Shown here piece after piece: positions 42,155 to 49,803 of a stretch of DNA of 64,000 nt. The position numbers and the translations under genes were made by a program. Numbering within the stretch: the first letter of the stretch is position 1; each line of letters opens with the position of its first letter. This DNA comes from Holophagae bacterium (GTDB lineage: Bacteria > Acidobacteriota > Thermoanaerobaculia > Thermoanaerobaculales > Sulfomarinibacteraceae), in NCBI GenBank assembly GCA_003105185.1, contig PQAJ01000245.1, forward strand, positions 35,253 to 99,252, in the 5' to 3' direction. Below the pieces are notes generated by a model, which did not search any database, had not been told where the DNA came from, and was given only the letters and a program-made list of their open reading frames with translations.

Positions 42155-43720
42155 CTACTCCCCGATCGCCACCGTCGTCATCTGGCTCCCCATCGGGCCG
42201 CTCACCCACCCGCCAAGGTACGCCCCGAACTTGCCCGCCTCGCCACCCGCCACCACGAACGTGATCATCTCCTTCGAGCGGAACTTCGGCACCAGCGTCT
42301 CCAGCCCGATCCGTTCCGCCTGCGCCTTCGTCAGCCCTTCGGCACAGAACTCGTCGCGCACGAGCTCCCGTGCCGGCCTCGCCGTCACCTCCTGGATGCG
42401 CTCCCGAACCTGGTCCTTGCTCCAGCCGTCCTTCGCGAAGGTGTCGACGTGCTCCGGCGGCACCACCACCACAATCTCCCCATGGTTGTGCTGCTTCGGG
42501 TGCCCGGCGGTCGCCAGCGCCAGCCCATAGCTCGTCGCGAGCGACTCCGCCCCGCGCGAAAGCTGGTCGATGATGCCGTTCGGCGCCCCGCCCGCATAGA
42601 CTGTGACGGTGCTCTGGTCCCTGCGGAAGCCGCGCTCGACGTGGAGCGGCTCCCAGTTGCTCCGCTCTTCGAACTCCGCGAAACAGTACGTGTACTTCCC
42701 CGGCTGGCCCAGCGCCGCGCGGTCGACCTCACCCGGCCGCCCACCCCCGACGTTCCGCACGACCAGCTGCACCGCCCGCCCGATGGTCGCGTTGGCGCGG
42801 TTCCCCTGGCCCAGGACGTTCATCCGGTAGTTCATCCCAATCCGGTCGCGGATAGGGCCGTTCACGATGATTACGGGCGTCGGGAAGTGGGTCGTCGCGA
42901 GCACGCCGTGCATGTTGAACTGCTCCGTCGTGATCGCCTCGACCGCCGCGATGACCACCGGCAGGTACTCGGGCCTGCAGCCGGCCATCACCGCGTTGAT
43001 CGCGACCTTCTCCACCGTCACCGGCGCCAGGTTCGGCGGGACGATGCCGATGACCTCCTGCGGGTCACGCTTCGTGCCGCCGAGCATCCGCAGCACGCGC
43101 TCGGGCGACGGCGGGATGACCGGCAACCCGTCGGTGAGCCCCTGGTCGAACATGAACTCGAAGATATCGTCCGACTCTCCAACCTCGATCCGCCGCGCGC
43201 GAAGCGGGCTGCCCTCTATCTCCGCGGCGAGGCGCTCGGCGATGCCCGGTTCCACCGACTTCGAGCCGCACCCGGGGCGCGATTCCGGGTACCCGGACCA
43301 GTCGATCACCGGCGGGGGCGCGAGCGTGACCGTGATCAGCCGGTGGAACAGCTTCTGCCAATCGTCGCGCCCGAACCCCACGAACCGCTCCAGCTCCTCG
43401 CCCCCGGGACCGGCAAGGATGACCGTTGGCACCGTGTCGAGGTCGTACCGGTAGGAAACGTGGAGCTTCGAGTCGTCGAGCATCGGCGCGGTCAGGCCGA
43501 ATCGCTCCACCAGCGCGGCGTTCCCCTCGGCGTCCTGGCCGATGCACCACACGTCCATCGCCTCGCCGAACGTCTCGGCTGCGGCCTGGATCAGCGGCAT
43601 CGAAAGGACGCAGGTGGGGCAGTCCTCCTTCACGAAACAGAGGAGCGCGTGGCGGCCAGTGGGGAAGGCGCGCTCGCCTCCAGCGGCGTCGGTTAGCGAA
43701 AAGGCGGGCAGTGTGGGCAT
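42155..43720 (-). CDS. thioredoxin-fold (TlpA/redoxin-like, CPTC) domain fused to a roughly 390-aa domain of unknown function
   Basis: The N-terminus is ..ALLCFVKEDCPTCVLSMP..VPTVIL... The remainder (..DGLPVIPPSPERVLRML..AINAVMAGCRPEYLPVVIAAVEAI..FNMHGVLATTHF..) is not a family I recognise. Confidence 0.8.
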   Translation of the reverse strand: MPTLPAFSLTDAAGGERAFPTGRHALLCFVKEDCPTCVLSMPLIQAAAETFGEAMDVWCIGQDAEGNAALVERFGLTAPMLDDSKLHVSYRYDLDTVPTVILAGPGGEELERFVGFGRDDWQKLFHRLITVTLAPPPVIDWSGYPESRPGCGSKSVEPGIAERLAAEIEGSPLRARRIEVGESDDIFEFMFDQGLTDGLPVIPPSPERVLRMLGGTKRDPQEVIGIVPPNLAPVTVEKVAINAVMAGCRPEYLPVVIAAVEAITTEQFNMHGVLATTHFPTPVIIVNGPIRDRIGMNYRMNVLGQGNRANATIGRAVQLVVRNVGGGRPGEVDRAALGQPGKYTYCFAEFEERSNWEPLHVERGFRRDQSTVTVYAGGAPNGIIDQLSRGAESLATSYGLALATAGHPKQHNHGEIVVVVPPEHVDTFAKDGWSKDQVRERIQEVTARPARELVRDEFCAEGLTKAQAERIGLETLVPKFRSKEMITFVVAGGEAGKFGAYLGGWVSGPMGSQMTTVAIGE

Positions 43721-43743
43721 GCGCGCAGTCTACGGGAGGAGAA

Positions 43744-43764
43744 AGTGCGAAGTGCGAAGTGCGC
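43744..43764. repeat. tandem heptamer AGTGCGA x3 (last copy AGTGCGC)
   Basis: gaaAGTGCGAAGTGCGAAGTGCGCcggg. Related GAAGTGCG copies occur at 44080-44087 and 44094-44101, on the other side of the small ORF. Confidence 0.4.
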
Positions 43765-43865
43765 CGGGCGGGAAACCGTGGTCGAGAGGCTCGTACATCG
43801 TGCCCCATGCTTCATGCCTCAGCCTCCCCCTCGCCAAACGCATCGCTCCGGTATCTAATACACGC

Positions 43866-44072
43866 ATGGAAGACTTTCTCTGGGGCGTCTGGAACGGGCT
43901 GACCGCCTGGCCGCTGCTCATCGTCCACATCTTCGACTGGTGGGAGCGTTACCCCGTCTACAACCTCGGGCGGGATGGCGGCTGGTACCAGTTCGGGTTC
44001 CTGCTCGGCGCGGGGTCGCCCTTCCTGGGCATGGCCGGCGGAAACCGGAGCCGGGGCCGCGACAGGGTCTGA
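43866..44072 (+). CDS. small hydrophobic protein (68 aa)
   Basis: MEDFLWGVWNGLTAWPLLIVHIFDWW..WYQFGFLLGAGSPFLGMAG. The upstream part of the ORF-track call (43542) is antisense to the Trx-fusion gene. Confidence 0.4.
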   Translation: MEDFLWGVWNGLTAWPLLIVHIFDWWERYPVYNLGRDGGWYQFGFLLGAGSPFLGMAGGNRSRGRDRV

Positions 44073-44131
44073 CCGCGGCGAAGTGCGACGGACGAAGTGC
44101 GCCCGGCCAGCGGCCGACGGCCAACGGCTCC

Positions 44132-45016
44132 TCAGGCCCTCCGCGCCCGCACCGCGAACATCTGCGGCATGTTCGGCATGCCGTCCGCCAGGTAGAAGCG
44201 CCCGCCCTCGCGCTGGACCGACCCATCGAACCGCGGGCAGCCGTTCGAGTACTCGTACTCCCGCAACACTTCCAGCCGAAGGCCGGCGTCCAGCAGCGCC
44301 GTGACCACATCGCCAACACCCCAGGCGAACTCGCCGCTCGGGTGGGGATTGGTGAAATCGGTAACGCCCTCTTCGTAGCCCCGGGGCACGAGGCCGTCTT
44401 TCGCGTAGGCCACGTAATCGCCCACGCCGGCATCGAGGATCGGTTCGGCCGAGAAGTACGGCCAGTCGCGCTCGAGCTTCTCGTTGAACATCAGCCCGAA
44501 CGGGTGGAACTCCACCAGCACGAACGTCCCGCCCGGCTTGAGCACCGAAGCGATGCCCCGGCCCCAGGCGTTGATATCGGACAGCCACATGATCGTGCCG
44601 TAGGAGCAGAACACGCGGTCGTACTGCTCGCCGCGCGCGGCGGCCTCCGCAAACCAATCGAAGATGTCGCTCCGGACGAACTTGGCCGGGATCCCCGAAT
44701 CGGCCGAGAGCTGCGTGGCAAACGCAACTGCTTCGTCGCTGATGTCGATGCCGGTGACGCTGGCGCCGAGTTTCGCAAGCGAAAGCGAGTCCTGGCCGGA
44801 ATTGCACTGGAGGTGCGCGAGTGTCTTGCCGGCCAGCTCGCCGAGCAACTCAACTTCCTCCGGAAATAGCGTGCTGCCGCCCTCGCGGAGGAAACGGGCC
44901 TGGTCGCCCTTGTGGCTGTTGTGGGCCCGGGTTGCCGCGTTCCAGGAAAGGCGGTTCGCTTCATGGATGTCCTTGCGCATCCATCTATCGAACACGGTTG
45001 GCCGCCAAGGCGCCAA
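44132..45016 (-). CDS. class I SAM-dependent methyltransferase
   Basis: Motif I region ..KTLAHLQCNSGQDSLSLAKLGASVTGIDISDEAV... 294 aa. Confidence 0.85.
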   Translation of the reverse strand: MAPWRPTVFDRWMRKDIHEANRLSWNAATRAHNSHKGDQARFLREGGSTLFPEEVELLGELAGKTLAHLQCNSGQDSLSLAKLGASVTGIDISDEAVAFATQLSADSGIPAKFVRSDIFDWFAEAAARGEQYDRVFCSYGTIMWLSDINAWGRGIASVLKPGGTFVLVEFHPFGLMFNEKLERDWPYFSAEPILDAGVGDYVAYAKDGLVPRGYEEGVTDFTNPHPSGEFAWGVGDVVTALLDAGLRLEVLREYEYSNGCPRFDGSVQREGGRFYLADGMPNMPQMFAVRARRA

Positions 45017-45126
45017 GTCCTTCCTGACCGGTCATCCGAGGCGCGCCAGTCATGACGCGCTGCCGCGTTGGCACCCCCACGACCGCCCGCCTCGCCGCCT
45101 GCGGTGACGCCGACCCGCTATTCGCC

Positions 45127-45160
45127 GGTGTTCGGGCGAACGGTGTTCGGGCGAACGGTG
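45127..45160. repeat. 15-bp tandem repeat GGTGTTCGGGCGAAC x2 plus a partial third copy
   Basis: ccGGTGTTCGGGCGAACGGTGTTCGGGCGAACGGTGTcccgg. Each unit contains the palindrome GTTC-GGGC-GAAC. It lies 111 nt upstream of the methyltransferase start (45016). Confidence 0.5.
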
Positions 45161-45219
45161 TCCCGGCGCGCCACTACCGGCGCGCCCTGGATACGAAAGA
45201 GCAGCACGGCCCGGCCGCG

Positions 45220-45966
45220 CTACCGGGCGACGAAGCCCCCATCGACGGGGAGCGCCGCGCCCGTGACAAACGACGACTCATCGCTGGCCAGGAAGAGCGC
45301 GAGGGCGGCGACCTCTTCGGAGGTGCCGAAGCGGTTCACCGGCTGGGAAGCGGCGAACTCCGCGCGCGCCTCTTCCGAAGTGCCCGTGAACCGCTCGACC
45401 ATCGGCGTCCAGATGACTCCCGGGCAGATGGCGTTCACGCGGATACCCTGGTCGGCGTATTCCAGTGCCGTGGTCTTCGACATTTGCACGACCGCACCCT
45501 TGGAAGCGCAGTACGCGATGATATTGGGGAAGCCCACGAGCCCGGCGACCGACGACGTATTGATGATGGACCCACCGCCGCCCTTCAGCATCGCCGGGAT
45601 GGCGTATTTCATCCCGAGGAAGACGCTCTTCAGGTTGATCCCGATGACGCGGTCGAAGTCGGCTTCCTCGTAGTCCGCGGTCACGGCCTGCGGGCCTTCG
45701 ATGCCGGCGTTGTTGAAGAGCACGTCCAGCCGGCCATACATCGTGACCGCGCGTTCGACCATCGCCTGGATGTCAGCCGTTTTCGAAACGTCCGTGTTGA
45801 TGCCGATGGCGGACTTGCCGATATCCTGCGCTGTCACCTGTTCGGCGCCGGAGATGTCCGCGCAAACGACCTTCGCGCCTTCAGCGGCGAACATGAGCGA
45901 GGCCGCCCGGCCGATGCCAGAACCGGCGCCGGTGACGATCGCGACCTTACCTTCGAGCCTTCCCAT
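45220..45966 (-). CDS. short-chain dehydrogenase/reductase (SDR) family oxidoreductase
   Basis: The ATG at 45966 has GGAGGA upstream. TGAGSGIG, NNAG, and the catalytic Y..ASK (YCASK). Confidence 0.93.
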   Translation of the reverse strand: MGRLEGKVAIVTGAGSGIGRAASLMFAAEGAKVVCADISGAEQVTAQDIGKSAIGINTDVSKTADIQAMVERAVTMYGRLDVLFNNAGIEGPQAVTADYEEADFDRVIGINLKSVFLGMKYAIPAMLKGGGGSIINTSSVAGLVGFPNIIAYCASKGAVVQMSKTTALEYADQGIRVNAICPGVIWTPMVERFTGTSEEARAEFAASQPVNRFGTSEEVAALALFLASDESSFVTGAALPVDGGFVAR

Positions 45967-46072
45967 AACGGTATCCTCCAAACGGAAATTTGATTCGAGG
46001 ATACCCGGGGAGCGAAGGCCGGCGTCACGGGCGAAGGGCCGCACCATGACCGCCGAAGGTCCCGAGCCCCGT

Positions 46073-46612
46073 TCAGTCCAGTGCCACTGGCTCGTTGAAT
46101 CGTTCGAAGATCAGGTCCGTCTCCTTGGCTCGCAGGTCGCGGAGCGAGAACAGCATCCGCTCCGCGTCAGCGCGGATCGCGTTGAGACCCTGCAGGTCGC
46201 CTTCGACAACACGCTGGACTTCGTCGGTCAGGTCACGCGCCTCCGCCTGGATGCGGGCAAGCTGCGCCGTCAACTGGCGGACCCGCGGCAGGAGCCAGGG
46301 CGCCTCGAACCGGAGTTCGCCGTACAGCCCATGCTCGCCTTCGACCTCGCGACGGTGGGCCTCGATGGCTTCGACGGCTGCATGGAGGCCGGTCGCTACA
46401 TGGCGTGCCCAGGCGCGCTCGCGGGCAGGTTGGGGCCGGCCAAGCGCGGCATGGAGCGCGTGCTCGGCCAGCTCGAGTGTGTCATGGCTTCTGGTCGCTG
46501 CATCGATCGATGCGCGTTGGCTTGGGGAAGTGGTTTCTGTCGACACCTCAGATCTCCAAATTCGCCGCAAAAGCGGCGGCTGTGGGTCCGTGGCCGGCGA
46601 TTGGGCGCCCAT
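46073..46612 (-). CDS. hypothetical helical protein (about 179 aa)
   Basis: The C-terminal 140 aa look like real helical protein (..LELAEHALHAAL..VEAIEAHRREVEGEHGLYGEL..). The start is uncertain, with candidates at 46612 and 46756. Confidence 0.5.
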   Translation of the reverse strand: MGAQSPATDPQPPLLRRIWRSEVSTETTSPSQRASIDAATRSHDTLELAEHALHAALGRPQPARERAWARHVATGLHAAVEAIEAHRREVEGEHGLYGELRFEAPWLLPRVRQLTAQLARIQAEARDLTDEVQRVVEGDLQGLNAIRADAERMLFSLRDLRAKETDLIFERFNEPVALD

Positions 46613-46736
46613 CAGCTGCCGAGCCCCCGGCGCACGGCAACGAAGTGACGATCGGGCGAAGCGGCAGCCATCGGGGCTCCGTCGCTTCCGATACACGGAC
46701 GATCGTAGCAAGACGCGGTCGCCGTCGCCAAGAGGA

Positions 46737-47615
46737 TCAGTCCGCCCTGCCACCATCCCCGCTCACGAATCCAACCCGGCCGAAGTTGTCGATCAGGAGT
46801 TCGGGGATGGGGGCCCGGCCCGCGCCCTTCGAGTTGATCGCGCGCGACATCGGCACCGTCTCCAGGCGGTACCCGAGCCCCGAATACAGGCCCTGGATGA
46901 CCGGGTGGTCGGAGTTCGAGAGCACCGCAGCAACGCCCCGGCGCGAGAGGTCCTCAAACGTGTCGCGCAGCCGAAGCTGGTCGGCCGGGCCGAAATCGGC
47001 CTGGGTGTAACTGGTGAAGCTGGCGGTCGCGCTCAGCGGCTGGTAGGGGGGGTCGAGGTAGACGAAGTCGCCGGGCCGGGCCTCCTCGCAGATCCCGGCA
47101 AAATCCGCGACCCGGAGTTCGGCCCGCTGAAGCGCCGCGGAGCAGGCGGCAAGCAACCCCGCGTCGTGGATGCGCGGGTTCTTGTAGCGCCCATGGGGGA
47201 CGTTGAACCCCCCCGAGGCGTTCACCCGGAACAGCCCGTTGTAGCAGGTGCGGTTCAAGAAGATGAAGCGGGCGGCCCGTTCGGCCGGCGACTGCGGGGC
47301 GCTGGCGCGGACCCGGTAGTACATCGCGCTGCGCTCCTCCCCGTCGCTGGCGGCGTATTCCGCGGCCAGCGCTGCCAGCGCGCCATCCAGCGCCGCGAGC
47401 TCGTCGCGGAGCACGGTGTACGTCTCGATGAGCCCGGCGTTGGCGTCGGCGAGGAGGGCCGGCGTGCCCGGCCGGGCTTCTTCGACCGCAAAGAACACCG
47501 CCCCGGCCCCGGCAAACGGCTCGATGTAGCGGGCCATCGCAGGGGGTGCCGCGGCGAGGATCGTGGAGGCGAGTTTGCCCTTACCGCCGGCCCACTTCAG
47601 AAACGGCCTCGCCAT
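46737..47615 (-). CDS. Dam-like (D12 class) N6-adenine DNA methyltransferase
   Basis: N-terminal FLKWAGGK, FAGAGAV (SAM binding), and catalytic DPPY (VYLDPPYQP). Confidence 0.88.
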   Translation of the reverse strand: MARPFLKWAGGKGKLASTILAAAPPAMARYIEPFAGAGAVFFAVEEARPGTPALLADANAGLIETYTVLRDELAALDGALAALAAEYAASDGEERSAMYYRVRASAPQSPAERAARFIFLNRTCYNGLFRVNASGGFNVPHGRYKNPRIHDAGLLAACSAALQRAELRVADFAGICEEARPGDFVYLDPPYQPLSATASFTSYTQADFGPADQLRLRDTFEDLSRRGVAAVLSNSDHPVIQGLYSGLGYRLETVPMSRAINSKGAGRAPIPELLIDNFGRVGFVSGDGGRAD

Positions 47616-47701
47616 ATGGGGTGATTGTGGCGCAGCACCCGGCCTTGCGCGAACGGCGAAGGGCGGGAGGGCAAAACCAACAGCCGGCGGCCACAGCTCG
47701 T

Positions 47702-48274
47702 CTACTCTGCGAAGATGCTCGCGACAAGCAGGCTGAAGCCTTCCGCGCTGAACCCCGCATCCTCGCTCGTCAGCACGTCGGCTTCGCGGCGCGTCTCCAC
47801 CTCGCCACCGGCCCGGAAGACGGTCACGCTGCGTGTCGCCGGCCGCACGATCCAGACCCGGGCGGCGCCCGCATCGAGGTACTCGCCGGCCTTTGCCAGC
47901 AGGTCCTTTTCCCGGTCGTCGGGCGACATCACCTCCACGGCCAGGTCCGGCGCGCCTTCGACGAATCCCCGGCGGCCAGCCCCCCTGGGACGGCGATCCG
48001 CAGTCACAAACGATACGTCGGGAGCCCGGACGACATCCGGGTCTTCGGCAAGCTTGAATCCAGTTTCGACGCTCACGCGTCCAAGTCGCTGCGCATCCGC
48101 AAAGGCTTTGAGCGCAAAAGCGATGTCAGTCGCAATTTCACCATGTTCCAGTCCGACGGGGCTCACGCAAACCACCCTCCCGCGGTCGAGCTCCATCTTG
48201 CCGCCTTCGATGGGCTCGGGGAGGTGCAGGAACTCCTCCGCCGTCAGTAACCGGGGTACCGCGGGGCTCGCCAT
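47702..48274 (-). CDS. Uma2-family (DUF820) restriction-endonuclease-fold protein
   Basis: LTAEEFLHLPE..ELDRG....SP....H.. then PDVSFV..APDLAVEVMSP.. is the characteristic Uma2 D..(D/E)xK layout. Confidence 0.85.
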   Translation of the reverse strand: MASPAVPRLLTAEEFLHLPEPIEGGKMELDRGRVVCVSPVGLEHGEIATDIAFALKAFADAQRLGRVSVETGFKLAEDPDVVRAPDVSFVTADRRPRGAGRRGFVEGAPDLAVEVMSPDDREKDLLAKAGEYLDAGAARVWIVRPATRSVTVFRAGGEVETRREADVLTSEDAGFSAEGFSLLVASIFAE

Positions 48275-48309
48275 GCCTACATCCTACCGCAGCGAAGCAA
48301 CGGCGCGCG

Positions 48310-49803
48310 TCAGGGCTGTTGGACCTGGAAGCTTCCGAGCCCGGCCGCCTCGAACAGCGGCTGGGCCGCGCGTTCGGTCAGCTCGAACGCCGGGCCGGGA
48401 TACACCCCGATGAACAACACTCCCACCATCAGCACCGCCGCCAGGCACCAGAGTACCGGGCTCACCTTCCACCGGCTTATATCGCCGACCGGGTCGAACA
48501 GGTACATCTGACGGATGATCATCAAGTAGTAGTAGAGGCTGATGAAGCTGTTCAGCACCGCCAGGCCCACCAGCCAGAGCAGTTCGTCGGTCGTCGCGCC
48601 CTGAAACATGAAGAGCTTGGTCGCGAAGCCCGCAAACGGCGGCAGCCCCGCGAACGAGAACAGCGCGATCGTTATCACCAGCGCCAGGAACGGCTGGGTC
48701 TCGGCGAGCCCGCGCAGGCCGGGGATGTCCTCGCGCCCCGTTCGGTTGTAGGCGGCGGTCAGCGCCGCGAACAGCGCCAGCGTTGCCAAGACGTACCCGG
48801 CGATATGGAGGAGGAGCGCCGAAGAGGCATCCTGGCCCACCTTCGCATCGCCGTAGCCGATCGCCGCGATGGTGATGAGCATGTAGCCCACCTGGCCGAT
48901 GGACGAATACGCGACGAGGCGTTTCAGGTTCGATTGCTGGATGGCGACCAGGTTGCCCAGCGTCATCGTGACCGCCGCCAGCACCGCCACCGCCCAGCGC
49001 CATTCGGCCGCGTCGACGATCAACGCCCCCGTGAACAGGCGGAGGATGAGGGCGAAGCCGGCCGCCTTCGAAGCCGTCGAGAGGAACGCCGTGATCGGCA
49101 GGGGCGCGCCCTCGTAGGCGTCTGGCGCCCACATGTGGAACGGAGCCGCCGATACCTTGAAGCCGACGCCGGCGAGGATGAGCATCATGCCGACGATCAC
49201 CGCCGGGTCGGTGCCCGAACCGCGGGCCGTAAGCCCTTCCGCGATGCCCTCGTAATACGTGGTCCCCGTGACGCCGTAGATCAGGCTCATGCCGTAGAGG
49301 AACATCGCGCTCGAAAAGGCGCCGAGGAGGATGTACTTCAGGCTCGCTTCGCTGCTCAGGTTGTCGCGCTTCAGGTACCCGACCAGGATGTAGAGCGAAA
49401 AGCTGAGCAGTTCGAGGGCGATGTAGGCGGTCAGCAACTCGGTCGCGGCGGCCATGTAGACCATGCCGCAGCCGGCCACCAGCAACAGCCCGTAGTACTC
49501 CGCGACCGTCTTCGTCCGCGTGCGCATGTGGGTGGCCGACATCAACGCGACCACGATGACGATGCTCGCGGCGAGCAGCCGGAAGTAGGTGGTGAAGTCG
49601 TCCGAGCGGATGAGGCCCTGGAAGCTGTTCGGGTCCTTGCCGATGAAGAACAGGCCCGAAACGAGCCAGCCGAGCGCGGCGATCGCCGTGATGTAGGCCA
49701 GCCAGTCCTTGCGGAACTTCGGCCAGAAGAGCTCGATGCCGATGATGCCCACGGCCGACCCGGCGGCGATGTATTCGGGGATGAAGATCGTGTAGTCGCG
49801 CAT
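48310..49803 (-). CDS. nuoN: NADH-quinone oxidoreductase subunit N
   Basis: 497-aa polytopic antiporter-like subunit, last in the operon. Its start overlaps the nuoM stop by 1 nt. Confidence 0.93.
   Translation of the reverse strand: MRDYTIFIPEYIAAGSAVGIIGIELFWPKFRKDWLAYITAIAALGWLVSGLFFIGKDPNSFQGLIRSDDFTTYFRLLAASIVIVVALMSATHMRTRTKTVAEYYGLLLVAGCGMVYMAAATELLTAYIALELLSFSLYILVGYLKRDNLSSEASLKYILLGAFSSAMFLYGMSLIYGVTGTTYYEGIAEGLTARGSGTDPAVIVGMMLILAGVGFKVSAAPFHMWAPDAYEGAPLPITAFLSTASKAAGFALILRLFTGALIVDAAEWRWAVAVLAAVTMTLGNLVAIQQSNLKRLVAYSSIGQVGYMLITIAAIGYGDAKVGQDASSALLLHIAGYVLATLALFAALTAAYNRTGREDIPGLRGLAETQPFLALVITIALFSFAGLPPFAGFATKLFMFQGATTDELLWLVGLAVLNSFISLYYYLMIIRQMYLFDPVGDISRWKVSPVLWCLAAVLMVGVLFIGVYPGPAFELTERAAQPLFEAAGLGSFQVQQP

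Noticed and set aside
45135-45150. GAAC-GGT-GTTC at the junctions of the 15-bp tandem repeat, considered as a third SOS box
   Set aside because: The spacer is 3 nt, not 4. The conserved palindrome within the repeat has the opposite half-site order (GTTC-N4-GAAC).
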